Below are positions 53,517-61,329 of a DNA stretch of 64,000 bases, in pieces. The stretch spans positions 64,001 through 128,000 of the forward strand of contig CAWJGT010000025.1 of the NCBI GenBank assembly GCA_963842525.1, in the 5' to 3' direction. The notes under the pieces are model-generated. The model was not told where the DNA came from. It saw only the letters and a list, made by a program, of their open reading frames with translations, and did not search any database. Positions within the stretch are counted from its first letter, which is position 1; every line of letters starts with the position of its first letter. The translations under genes were made by a program, and so were the position numbers. Source of the DNA: an uncultured Holophagales bacterium. Its GTDB lineage: Bacteria > Acidobacteriota > Thermoanaerobaculia > Multivoradales > UBA5704.

Positions 53517-53912
53517 CTACTTTACGGCAGAGGGTGTGACGTCGGTCTGAGGGAAGTCGTCACCCTTGTAGAGCAGCGGTTCGCCTCGCACCGTCGCGAG
53601 CGCATACGAAAAGCAGTCACCGTAATTGAGCCCGGCCCGATGGCGACCCTTGCCAAATCGACTGAACGCCAGACGGGCCACGTGTGCCTGCTCGGAATCC
53701 ACAGCGGCGAGCTCGATACCTGCCCGTTCGATGAACAGGTCGAGATCTCGAATGCCCTCGGCGCCAAAGCGCGACTCGATGACCATCGAGGCCTCGACGA
53801 AGGTTGCTGTCGACATCACTCGGGATTCCGCCACTTCAATGGTTTCGTTGAACGTGCGGCGTTCGGGCTCGTCGAGCAGGATCGCCAGGAGAGCGGAGGT
53901 GTCGATGACCAT
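53517..53912 (-). CDS. vapC: VapC PIN toxin
   Basis: MVIDTSA, FGKGRH..LNYGDCFSYA, KGDDF. Confidence 0.92.
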   Translation of the reverse strand: MVIDTSALLAILLDEPERRTFNETIEVAESRVMSTATFVEASMVIESRFGAEGIRDLDLFIERAGIELAAVDSEQAHVARLAFSRFGKGRHRAGLNYGDCFSYALATVRGEPLLYKGDDFPQTDVTPSAVK

Positions 53913-54166
53913 CAGCTCGGCAGCCCGTGCTCGTCATATCCGAGGATTTCGTCGGGCGTCCTCGAATCCCGCACAGGCAACCGAGAGCAATGCCGAGCAA
54001 TGTCGTCGAGCTCGTCGGCGAGGCGTCGCTGGGTTCGCTCACGGCGCAGGCGCGCCAAGCGGTCGCGGAGCGCCCGCGTGACCGCCTCCGTCTTGGTTTC
54101 GCCTGTCAGCTTGGCCAGCATCTCCGCAAGCTTCTCGGTCTCGGTGTTCCGGATGTTTAGCGCCAT
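53912..54166 (-). CDS. vapB: VapB antitoxin (Rv0623-like)
   Basis: MALNIRN..LAKLTGETKTEAV..GYDEHGLP. Confidence 0.9.
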   Translation of the reverse strand: MALNIRNTETEKLAEMLAKLTGETKTEAVTRALRDRLARLRRERTQRRLADELDDIARHCSRLPVRDSRTPDEILGYDEHGLPS

Positions 54167-54275
54167 AGATCCTCACGTGTAGACAGTCATCTACACGGTA
54201 ACACTTCGAGCCACCTCCGGCAACCGCTCGACTTTGGATGGCGACCGCCAGCGGCTGCGCACGGGGCTGTCAGCC

Positions 54276-54719
54276 TCAACGCCGCTGATTCGGGCTGTCC
54301 ATGTCGGACATGATCAGCCAACGTCCGTCGGAGCCCTTGCGCAGCGTCAGGGTGAATTTTCCGATATCCGGCTGCCCTTCCTGCCGCGCGAATCCGCCGA
54401 GGATGTATCCGACAGAGCCCTCGGTCGCGAAGGCGAAGGCGCGTAGCGCGAGCGGGCCGCCGGCGCCGGTGTAGTGCTTCTGGATGGCGGCACGGCCCCG
54501 CACAGGAGGGCCGCCGTTCGCCAGCACGAAGCCGTCCTCGGCAAAGAGCCCCGCCAGTGCGGCGGCATCGCGGCTCCGCCAGGCCGCCTCGTAGTCGGTC
54601 AACACGCGCGCCAGCTCGGGCGGAAGCTGGACGCTCGGCTCCTGCGCCACGGCCTGCTGCTCCACGGCGGCAGCCTGTGCTCCCAACAGCAGGCTGAGTG
54701 CGAACACTGCGATGTTCAT
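54276..54719 (-). CDS. SnoaL/NTF2-like (DUF4440) exported protein
   Basis: DAAALAGLFAEDG..PVRGRAAI..GRWLI. Confidence 0.75.
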   Translation of the reverse strand: MNIAVFALSLLLGAQAAAVEQQAVAQEPSVQLPPELARVLTDYEAAWRSRDAAALAGLFAEDGFVLANGGPPVRGRAAIQKHYTGAGGPLALRAFAFATEGSVGYILGGFARQEGQPDIGKFTLTLRKGSDGRWLIMSDMDSPNQRR

Positions 54720-54749
54720 CGACCGAGTCTAGCACCACGCCCATCGACC

Positions 54750-55655
54750 TCAGCTCGGATTCAAGCACGCGCGGGAAACGCTCTCCCTGCGGACTCCGTG
54801 CTCCAGTGCCTCCCGCAACAGCGACACGACCTCTGCGTGGCCTCCCTGCTGCGCAATCTCCAGAGGCGTAACTCCTTCGTTGCGGCCCAGAGAAGGATCG
54901 GCACCTGCTGCCAGGAGCACCTCGATCGTTTCCTTGTGCCCCTTCGCCGCGGCCCACCAGAGCGCCGTGTCACCGCTGCTGTTCCGTGCATTGACCTCGG
55001 CGCCGGCTGAAAGCAGGATCCGGACCCGGCACGCGGCGCCGAAGGCAGCAGCCCACATCATGGCCGTGCTGCCGTGGTCGTCCTTGGTGTCGACCTTGAG
55101 CCCCTTCGCCACCAGGTACGCCGCGTTCTCGGGTTTCGCATACCACAGTGCGGTCTGTCCCGAAATGTCTCGCGCATGCAGGTTCGCTCCGCGGGCCAGG
55201 AACAAGTCGAGCATCGCCTGGTCGCCACCCCTGGCAGCGCACATGAGCGGGGTCATCTTGCTGCCAACACGGGCATTCACGTTGGCACCTGCCGCGACCA
55301 GATAACGGACGACCTCGCCATGGCCGTGGAGCGCGGCCACGGCGAGAGGCGTCTTACCGTCCGCGCTGAAATAGAACTTCCGCTCCCGCCGCTGGTCGAT
55401 CCTGGCCCCCGCGGCGAGCACCGCCTTGACGGAGTCCAGATCGCCCTGGCTGGCGGCAACGGTCAGAGGAGTGTCCCCTTCGAGGTCGCGAGCATTCGGG
55501 TTATGCCCCTTCCGAAGGAGCCGCTGGAGCTCCGCGACATCCTTTTTCCCGATGGCTTCTCGGAGCTGGAGGTGCTCGACATTCACCGAGACGCAGGAGG
55601 TCAGCAGGACCAGGCCTTGGATGAGGACGACCAAGAAGAGGATGCGATGTCGCAT
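54750..55655 (-). CDS. Ankyrin-repeat lipoprotein
   Basis: Lipobox LTSC; repeated GxTPL/TAL..AA..G..LL..GA motifs. Confidence 0.88.
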   Translation of the reverse strand: MRHRILFLVVLIQGLVLLTSCVSVNVEHLQLREAIGKKDVAELQRLLRKGHNPNARDLEGDTPLTVAASQGDLDSVKAVLAAGARIDQRRERKFYFSADGKTPLAVAALHGHGEVVRYLVAAGANVNARVGSKMTPLMCAARGGDQAMLDLFLARGANLHARDISGQTALWYAKPENAAYLVAKGLKVDTKDDHGSTAMMWAAAFGAACRVRILLSAGAEVNARNSSGDTALWWAAAKGHKETIEVLLAAGADPSLGRNEGVTPLEIAQQGGHAEVVSLLREALEHGVRRESVSRACLNPS

Positions 55656-55928
55656 GGGAAGCACCTCCAATCTTTGCCCGGGAGCGGGTCGGCACCGTGA
55701 AGGAGCGAGAGGCATGCCATGGGAGGCAGCGATCCGCAAACCTCTGCACATCTTTGCTTTAGGCCGGAAACGCCTGACTTTGCGTCACGGCGCTGAAGGA
55801 CTGCCGGACACATTCTGTGTAGGCCGGGTGTACACGGCATGCAGGACCCGAAGCGGGTGGTGACCGTTGATGAGGCGGTGGCGCAGGCGGCGGAGCGCGG
55901 GCGGTCCGGCCCGATCTCGCGGCTTCCA

Positions 55929-56086
55929 CCTGTCCACGATGGACAGTCGGTCCCGGTCTCCTGCTGTCCACCGGTCCGCGGTGGACAGTCACTGCCGGTT
56001 CCGGCGCCGCCACCAGTCCGGGTCGGACAGTTCATCCTGAGCGATGGACGGTTGCAGCCTCAGGAGGGACTGTCCGACCTGCACCG
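55929..56086. repeat. Left part of a 21-bp-period array
   Basis: GGACNG cores at 55941, 55983, 56025, 56046 and 56067 (multiples of 21); CTGTCC unit starts at 56070. Confidence 0.7.
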
Positions 56087-56255
56087 GGTCGTGTCCTAAT
56101 TCGATGTGGGTGCCCCAGGCATAGGGGGTGGGGGTATCGAACTACTATACCTTCCCTCTCCAGGAGGAATTTACCTCTCCGCTGACAATCTGGTAGCGGC
56201 CCGACAGGGTGTCGTTAGCACCCCGCCGGACCTACCCGAGCAAGGGAGTTACCCC

Positions 56256-56600
56256 ATGCCCGAGCAGTCTGATTCTACCCCTCCGCCCGTCCCCGAGCAC
56301 ACCGCCGAGGAGATCGCAGCGCAGATGGTCGTCAAGTGCTGCGGCTCCTTCCTCAAGACCGCCCGGCTCTGTCTCCAGGCATTGGAGGAGGAGCTGGCCT
56401 ACCCTGCCGACAGTGAAGCCATGGGAGAGTGCCGCGTCCCGCAGTCCGTTGTCTTCGCCCTTCGTGGCACTCTGGAGTGCATCCGCGTTGACGACCTGGA
56501 GCCAGCGATCCTCGCACTCGAAGAGGCAGCCGACCTCACCCCCGAGGATCTGTACGCAGAGTGGCGACGTCGGCAGGCGGAGAAAGGGGAGGAGGTCTAA
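56256..56600 (+). CDS. Hypothetical acidic protein (transposon cargo)
   Basis: AAGGGAG RBS; stop lies just before the next ATG. Confidence 0.65.
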   Translation: MPEQSDSTPPPVPEHTAEEIAAQMVVKCCGSFLKTARLCLQALEEELAYPADSEAMGECRVPQSVVFALRGTLECIRVDDLEPAILALEEAADLTPEDLYAEWRRRQAEKGEEV

Positions 56601-56601
56601 C

Positions 56602-56899
56602 ATGGCGTGGTACCACGAGGACCGCCGCAAGCTTCTCGCTCCCGTGGGTGAGTACCGCCCGCAGAAAGTAGCCGTCACCATCCATGACACCTTCGACCAG
56701 CGCCGGCTCGACGAAGCGGCACGGCAAGCTCTGGGGAACGGTACCCCGCTTGCGAAGTTCCTCCTTTACTGCGCTGACCACGTCATCCGTCACCATCCCA
56801 AACTCAAAGAGACGTTCCGCGAATTCGAGCGGGAGCGGCGGGAAGCTCCAGGCGAAACGGAAGGCCGAAGAGGCGGAGATACCCAACCGATGGGCATGA
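56602..56899 (+). CDS. Hypothetical RHH-like protein; probable +1 indel near 56840
   Basis: GGAGG RBS; strand-helix-helix pattern VAVTIH..QRRLDEAAR..LAKFLLY. A corrected frame ends in an ATGA overlap at 56896-56899. Confidence 0.55.
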
Positions 56900-57348
56900 A
56901 GACGGCCTCCTTCACTGTCAGAGCCGACGTCCGGCAATCGGCGCGCTGGAAGATGGCGGCCGAGTCCGAGGGTTTCGCTTCGGTCGGGGCATGGGCCGCA
57001 GGAGCCCTAGACGCCTATCTGGAGCACCGCAGAACCGCCGGCCGTCCTCTCCCCCTGGCTTGGCACCTTGGGCGCTTCCGCGTGCGCCTGGAAGATGGCA
57101 CGGAGCCGGAGCTGCGGGGGTGGCTCTCCAGGCCGTTCGGGATCTTCCACGGCTCGTCCGCAGGGCCGATCCCGACCGGCTCCACGCACACCTACTCCCT
57201 TGTGTTCCTGCCGGAGCGCAAGCTGCTCGCGACGTTCCGCTATGCCCGTCACTGCCGCAGTCTTGCCGGCGAGCTGGCACCTCTTCTCCTGCGGGATGAA
57301 CAGGCGGCGGCGGCTGTCACGGCGCGGCACGTCAGGGAAGCCACGTAA
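56896..57348 (+). CDS. Hypothetical protein with RHH-like N-terminus
   Basis: ASFTVRAD..ARWKMAAESEG..SVGAWAAGALD; followed by a GC hairpin and tttt. Confidence 0.6.
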   Translation: MKTASFTVRADVRQSARWKMAAESEGFASVGAWAAGALDAYLEHRRTAGRPLPLAWHLGRFRVRLEDGTEPELRGWLSRPFGIFHGSSAGPIPTGSTHTYSLVFLPERKLLATFRYARHCRSLAGELAPLLLRDEQAAAAVTARHVREAT

Positions 57349-57400
57349 AGGACCCGGGGGCCGGCTTCCTAGAGGGGGCCGGCCCCTTTTGTCGCACCAA

Positions 57401-57430
57401 TTGACAAGCAGGGGCAAATTGCCCCATGAT
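57401..57430 (+). promoter_or_regulatory. Promoter with palindromic operator in the spacer
   Basis: TTGACA 57401-57406; GGGGCAA-A-TTGCCCC 57411-57425; CATGAT. Confidence 0.55.
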
Positions 57431-57438
57431 GCGGCATT

Positions 57439-57954
57439 ATGACCCAAGCTAGAACTTCGTCTCTACGGCGCCATCGACAAATGCTACCCTTCAACCCTAT
57501 GAGCCTGATCGACGACCTTAAGCCGCTACTCGATGAGCATACACAGGAAGCTCAGAAGGCAGAGAAGCGATGGAAAGAGCTGAGGGAGAAGTGGCTGGAA
57601 GTACGGCGCTCGGTCATCTTGCCGCCTCTGCAACAAGCAGTGCAGTTGATCGCTGACAATAATCCTCTGGGACTGGAAGCATCGGCGGACCTCGGGAAGG
57701 AAGACGAGGTCGCGCTCTACGTCAGGTATCAGACCGCTACGAAGGTTGAATATTTCCTGCGGTTTGATCTAGACGCGAGTTTCGAGATTGTCTGCTCATC
57801 CTCATTTGATGAGACCCACCCGCAACCGCGAATGCACGGACTTGACTCCGTAGACACCGCGGATATTGATGGTCGGATTGTGGATTTCTTCAAGCGCTTT
57901 TTGCTCCATCGCTCAGCGTATGATGGTAGAGGCATCCGCGAATTCACGCGGTAA
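57439..57954 (+). CDS. Hypothetical lower-GC cargo protein (start may be 57499)
   Basis: Open frame with coiled-coil N-terminus; convergent overlap with the transposase stop. Confidence 0.6.
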   Translation: MTQARTSSLRRHRQMLPFNPMSLIDDLKPLLDEHTQEAQKAEKRWKELREKWLEVRRSVILPPLQQAVQLIADNNPLGLEASADLGKEDEVALYVRYQTATKVEYFLRFDLDASFEIVCSSSFDETHPQPRMHGLDSVDTADIDGRIVDFFKRFLLHRSAYDGRGIREFTR

Positions 57955-58942
57955 GCAGATCCCGCACCGTCCAGGGCTTCCTTACAATCCCTGCCTTCAT
58001 CGCCGGAGTCATCCGGATAGAGGAGTGAATCCAGGTGAAGTTGTAGGCGGCGAAGTGGACCGCCAGTGCCGCCCGCAGGTTCTCCCGCTTCCGAGAGAAT
58101 GCGTTCGTCAGTCTGGTGAATCTCCGCATCTGCATTCTGATATGGAGATTGTTCCGCTCTACATGGCTAGTGCAGATCCGATGCTCATCCGGAGTCCCCT
58201 GAATCACGATCTTCTCAGAGGCTATTATGGACGGCGGGCTGTACCGCCGTTCGCTGTCGAGTCCCTCCCCTGAGTAGGTCTTGACTAATTGTGCGTAATC
58301 GACCCGGGCACCGAGATGCCGCTCGATTGCCTCGGGATATGCCGGCCATCCATCCGTCGTGAGTTGATAGGTTTCCTGCCCGTCCTTCGCCGTTGCAGCC
58401 GTGGCGAGCTTGGCGACAAAGACCGACGTATCCTCAGAGGTCCGGTGACCCATGTGGTGAGTCAGGACAAGCTTGGACTCCCGATCGTGAGCCACGAAGG
58501 TATAGGCATCGCCGAATTCCGGGTCCGTCTCGCCTTTGCGGGCCTTTGTCTTCTCCTTCATGCCCACGAAGCACCACAGCTCGTCCGCCTGGACGTCCTT
58601 CACCGGGACGGCCCGTAGGTGCTTGCCCAGGATCGCCTCGCACTTGCCGCCCGCGAGCCGCAGGAGCCGCATGATCGTGTCCCGGTGGATTCCCGTGACC
58701 CTCTCTGTGCTCCGAATCGAGGCGCCCTCTGTCAGGAGGGACACGCAGAGGACGGCCTTGTCCAGGTCGATCCGCATCCGGCCGAGGGGGCGCTCTGGGA
58801 TGAGCCCGAACGTCGCCCCGCACGTCTTGCACTTCCGGCGCGGGTTGCCGCCCTTGTCCTTGCCCCAACCGATCGTACGACCGCCGCAGGACCGGCAGGG
58901 GGTCCCTTCGAGGGTGGGCAGGGTGAGGGTTGGGGCGTCCAT
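57944..58942 (-). CDS. IS1-family DDE transposase
   Basis: Zn ribbon CRSC..CKTC, HTH EGASIRSTERVTGIHRDTI, QADELWCFV, TTDGWPAY, TSHVERNN..RRFTRLT..FSRK. Confidence 0.92.
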   Translation of the reverse strand: MDAPTLTLPTLEGTPCRSCGGRTIGWGKDKGGNPRRKCKTCGATFGLIPERPLGRMRIDLDKAVLCVSLLTEGASIRSTERVTGIHRDTIMRLLRLAGGKCEAILGKHLRAVPVKDVQADELWCFVGMKEKTKARKGETDPEFGDAYTFVAHDRESKLVLTHHMGHRTSEDTSVFVAKLATAATAKDGQETYQLTTDGWPAYPEAIERHLGARVDYAQLVKTYSGEGLDSERRYSPPSIIASEKIVIQGTPDEHRICTSHVERNNLHIRMQMRRFTRLTNAFSRKRENLRAALAVHFAAYNFTWIHSSIRMTPAMKAGIVRKPWTVRDLLTA

Positions 58943-58957
58943 GTCTCTCTTGATCTC

Positions 58958-59041
58958 TACGGACATTGTACGGACACAGTACGACTATGTCAAGGGGTTT
59001 GGACCTTGAATCTTCCGGAAGTTTTCCGTACACTGTCCGTA
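58958..59041. promoter_or_regulatory. Divergent sigma70 promoters with repeated TACGGACA boxes
   Basis: Minus strand: TTGACA(58993-58988)-17-TACAAT(58970-58965). Plus strand: TTGAAT(59006)-17-TACACT(59029). TACGGACA at 58958 and 58969, inverted at 59034. Confidence 0.75.
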
Positions 59042-59235
59042 TGCCTAGATCCATGCCATCCGCCAAGGACTCCCGCCTGGAGATCCGCGTCTCTGAGGAC
59101 GAGAAGGAGCAGTTTCAGAGAGCTGCCGATCAAGACGGCCGGCCCCTGTCAAACTGGATCAGGGACCGGCTCTTGAAGGCCGTACGTGTCGAGCTGGAGC
59201 CGATCGAGCCGCCCGCCGTGAAGAAGAGCCGCTAG
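59041..59235 (+). CDS. Ribbon-helix-helix (DUF1778/MobC-like) DNA-binding protein, probably leaderless
   Basis: KDSRLEIRVSEDEKEQFQRAADQDGRPLSNWIRDRL. Confidence 0.8.
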   Translation: MPRSMPSAKDSRLEIRVSEDEKEQFQRAADQDGRPLSNWIRDRLLKAVRVELEPIEPPAVKKSR

Positions 59236-59421
59236 CCGGTATCCAGGCCCGCGGGAGGGACTTCAGGTTCAGGCCCCAGATGAATCGATGTCGGGGTACA
59301 GATCCGCCGTAGAAGTGTGCCATAGGCATCTCCGGTCTTGACTCGGAGGAAGCCATGGCTTAGGATGGCAGACGGACAGAGCTGCATCCTTGAAGCCATT
59401 TGGCTTCTCGGGTCGGTTCAG

Positions 59422-59491
59422 TGGAGCGGAAGGGAATCGAACCCTCGGTCAGGGGGTCTCAAGCCACGACCGTGGACCATCCACCCGCCCC
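59422..59491 (-). ncRNA. tRNA/tmRNA-like 70-nt structured RNA
   Basis: GGGGCGG/CCGCTCC-A acceptor with G3:U70; GTGGA/TCCAC arm; GGTCG/TGACC arm enclosing CTTGAGA; T-arm GAGGG-TTCGATT-CCCTT; no encoded CCA. Confidence 0.65.
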
Positions 59492-59507
59492 GTGTTTCAC
59501 CTAGAGA

Positions 59508-59536
59508 GCCCCGCTCCGGCGGGGTTTTCGCTTTTT
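59508..59536 (+). terminator. Intrinsic terminator-like hairpin
   Basis: ccccgc-tccg-gcgggg followed by ttttcgcttttt. Confidence 0.65.
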
Positions 59537-59674
59537 AGTCCTCCGTGGCGCCCTCCTTCGGAAGAAGTTGTAGCTTGATCTGGCGCCACAAGTCAAGCCA
59601 GAAATGAGCCAATCAGGAGAAAAGATCTGCGGTACTGACTCAGGACGTACTGAGTACGTACTCTAGGCAGGGAA

Positions 59675-60277
59675 TCAGCGGTAAGAGATGGACGGGAGAC
59701 CGATAAGCTTCTGGTGTGGCGATGGCAGGCGAACTGTCAACCTGAGCTTCAGTCCGGGGCGGTTCAGGATCGGCTTATTGTCTGCGGTTACTGCTACGAA
59801 GAAAAAGTAGCATCTTTGCTCGGAACGCGCCGGAATCGTGTACTGTCCTTCCGGGAAGTGTAAATAGTCGGCCACCCGGCCCATGGGATCAATAGCCATC
59901 CTTGGCCCGACCGTGACCGGGATGATTTTCGTCCGGCGCCACCGCGCAACATGAACCAGAGCCGGATCGGTCGGGCGTACCGTTACCGCGTTGTCCGTGT
60001 CGTTGTGTACGGCTATCAGCAGGGTGAGGTATAGGCCGTTCGGCTCGTGTCGGTCCTCTTGCCTGAACTCTGCTTGGGTGACTTGGGCATTGAAGGTCAC
60101 ACGGCCCGCTCCCGTCTTTTTTCGGCGAAGGTCAGGCCAGAATCCCCACAACAGGCATGCCGCGACACCTACCAGGGAGACCGCCGCTTTGACCAGATCT
60201 TCGGTCACGGCGTACACCGTTGCCACGGCCGTACAGGCGAGCCCAACGGCGGTAAGACGCCGAGTCTGAAGATCCAC
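59675..60277 (-). CDS. Hypothetical cargo protein with two N-terminal TM helices and a beta-rich domain
   Basis: 200-aa ORF inside the TIRs; hydrophobic N-terminus. Confidence 0.6.
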   Translation of the reverse strand: MDLQTRRLTAVGLACTAVATVYAVTEDLVKAAVSLVGVAACLLWGFWPDLRRKKTGAGRVTFNAQVTQAEFRQEDRHEPNGLYLTLLIAVHNDTDNAVTVRPTDPALVHVARWRRTKIIPVTVGPRMAIDPMGRVADYLHFPEGQYTIPARSEQRCYFFFVAVTADNKPILNRPGLKLRLTVRLPSPHQKLIGLPSISYR

Positions 60278-60356
60278 GGGAGGAGTATAATTAGAGGGCG
60301 GTTCCAGCTCTTCAACTTACGCCTCTGTACCACCTACATCGAATTAGGACACGACC

Positions 60357-60600
60357 CTGCACCGCGATCTGTCCGTCCTGCGCTGGAAACCGTCCGACCC
60401 GCGGAAGAGACTGTCCGACCTGCGCTGGAACAGTCCGTCCCACGGAAGAGACTGTCCGACCTGCTGCGTCAACCGTCCGACCCGCACGGCGAACTGTCCG
60501 ACCTGCAGGAGAAACCGTCCGTTCCGCAGGTCCAACTGTCCATGGACCACAGCCGTTCGCGCCAGGATCGGGGCCGACTGTCCGGTGCGGCAGTCCCTCC
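60357..60600. repeat. Right part of the 21-bp-period array
   Basis: CYGTCC(GAC) cores at 60369, 60390, 60411, 60431, 60452, 60473, 60494, 60515, 60536. Confidence 0.85.
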
Positions 60601-60653
60601 TACGGAGGATCCGCGGCAGGCACCGCAGGTATTTCGACCTCTGCGGTCGCTCC

Positions 60654-61316
60654 TTACGGATCACTCCAGAGCCGCGTCCAGAGCTCCGGACCCAGATCGC
60701 CCAAACCGTCCACCACGGCGTCGGCCAGCGCGAAGCGCGGATCTTCGCACAAAGCAGGCTCCGGGATCGCGATGCACTTCATCCTGGCCGCCTTGGCCGA
60801 CAGCAGGCCATTGGGCGAGTCCTCGACGGCAGCGCACCGGCCAGGCTCTACACCAAGCTTCCGGGCCGTCGTCAGGTAGACGGCAGGATCCGGCTTCCCC
60901 CGCTCCTCCTCCTCGGCCGAGTGGACCACCTCGAAAACGGACTCCAGGCTGAAGGTGTCGAGGACGGTTCGGATGACCACATAGGGCGATGACGAGGCGA
61001 TCGCCACCCGCAGGCCGCTGCCCCGCGCGAACCCGAGGGCCTCCTCCACGCCAGGCTTGAGGCACCCACGCCGGCGTACTAGCTCGATAAGCCGATCGAG
61101 GATCGAAGTGATCAGCTCCGCACGGACCGGCGCGAGCCCGGGATGCCGCGCGCACCAGAAGTCCACCGTCGCATCGACGCGCAGCCCGGTCGTCAGCAGG
61201 CAGTCGTCCGGCCCCAGCCGCAGCCCCGCCTCGCCGAAAGCAGCCATCTCGGCCTCCTGCCAGAGCGGCTCGGAGTCGATGAGGACTCCGTCCATGTCGA
61301 AGATCAGCGCCCGCAT
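60654..61316 (-). CDS. HAD-family phosphatase (HxpB/YniC-like)
   Basis: IFDMDGVLIDSEP, ASSS, KPDP, EDS. Confidence 0.9.
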   Translation of the reverse strand: MRALIFDMDGVLIDSEPLWQEAEMAAFGEAGLRLGPDDCLLTTGLRVDATVDFWCARHPGLAPVRAELITSILDRLIELVRRRGCLKPGVEEALGFARGSGLRVAIASSSPYVVIRTVLDTFSLESVFEVVHSAEEEERGKPDPAVYLTTARKLGVEPGRCAAVEDSPNGLLSAKAARMKCIAIPEPALCEDPRFALADAVVDGLGDLGPELWTRLWSDP

Positions 61317-61329
61317 GGCGGCGCGCACC

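Larger units (their letters stand above)
56087..60356. mobile_element. IS1-family transposon with passenger genes (4270 bp)
   Basis: TIRs ggtcgtgtcctaattcgatgtgggtg (56087-56112) and cacctacatcgaattaggacacgacc (60331-60356), 25/26 match. 8-bp TSD ctgcaccg at 56079-56086 and 60357-60364. Confidence 0.92.

Noticed and set aside
59422-59491. Canonical tRNA-Ser(TGA) or the host ssrA gene
   Set aside because: It lacks U8/A14, a normal D-loop, a well-paired anticodon stem and the long Ser variable arm, and is far too short for tmRNA with no tag reading frame. Kept as tRNA-like ncRNA.
60357-60600. 21-bp array as a mini-CRISPR
   Set aside because: The conserved core is only 6-9 bp and the variable part ~12 bp, far below CRISPR repeat and spacer sizes.
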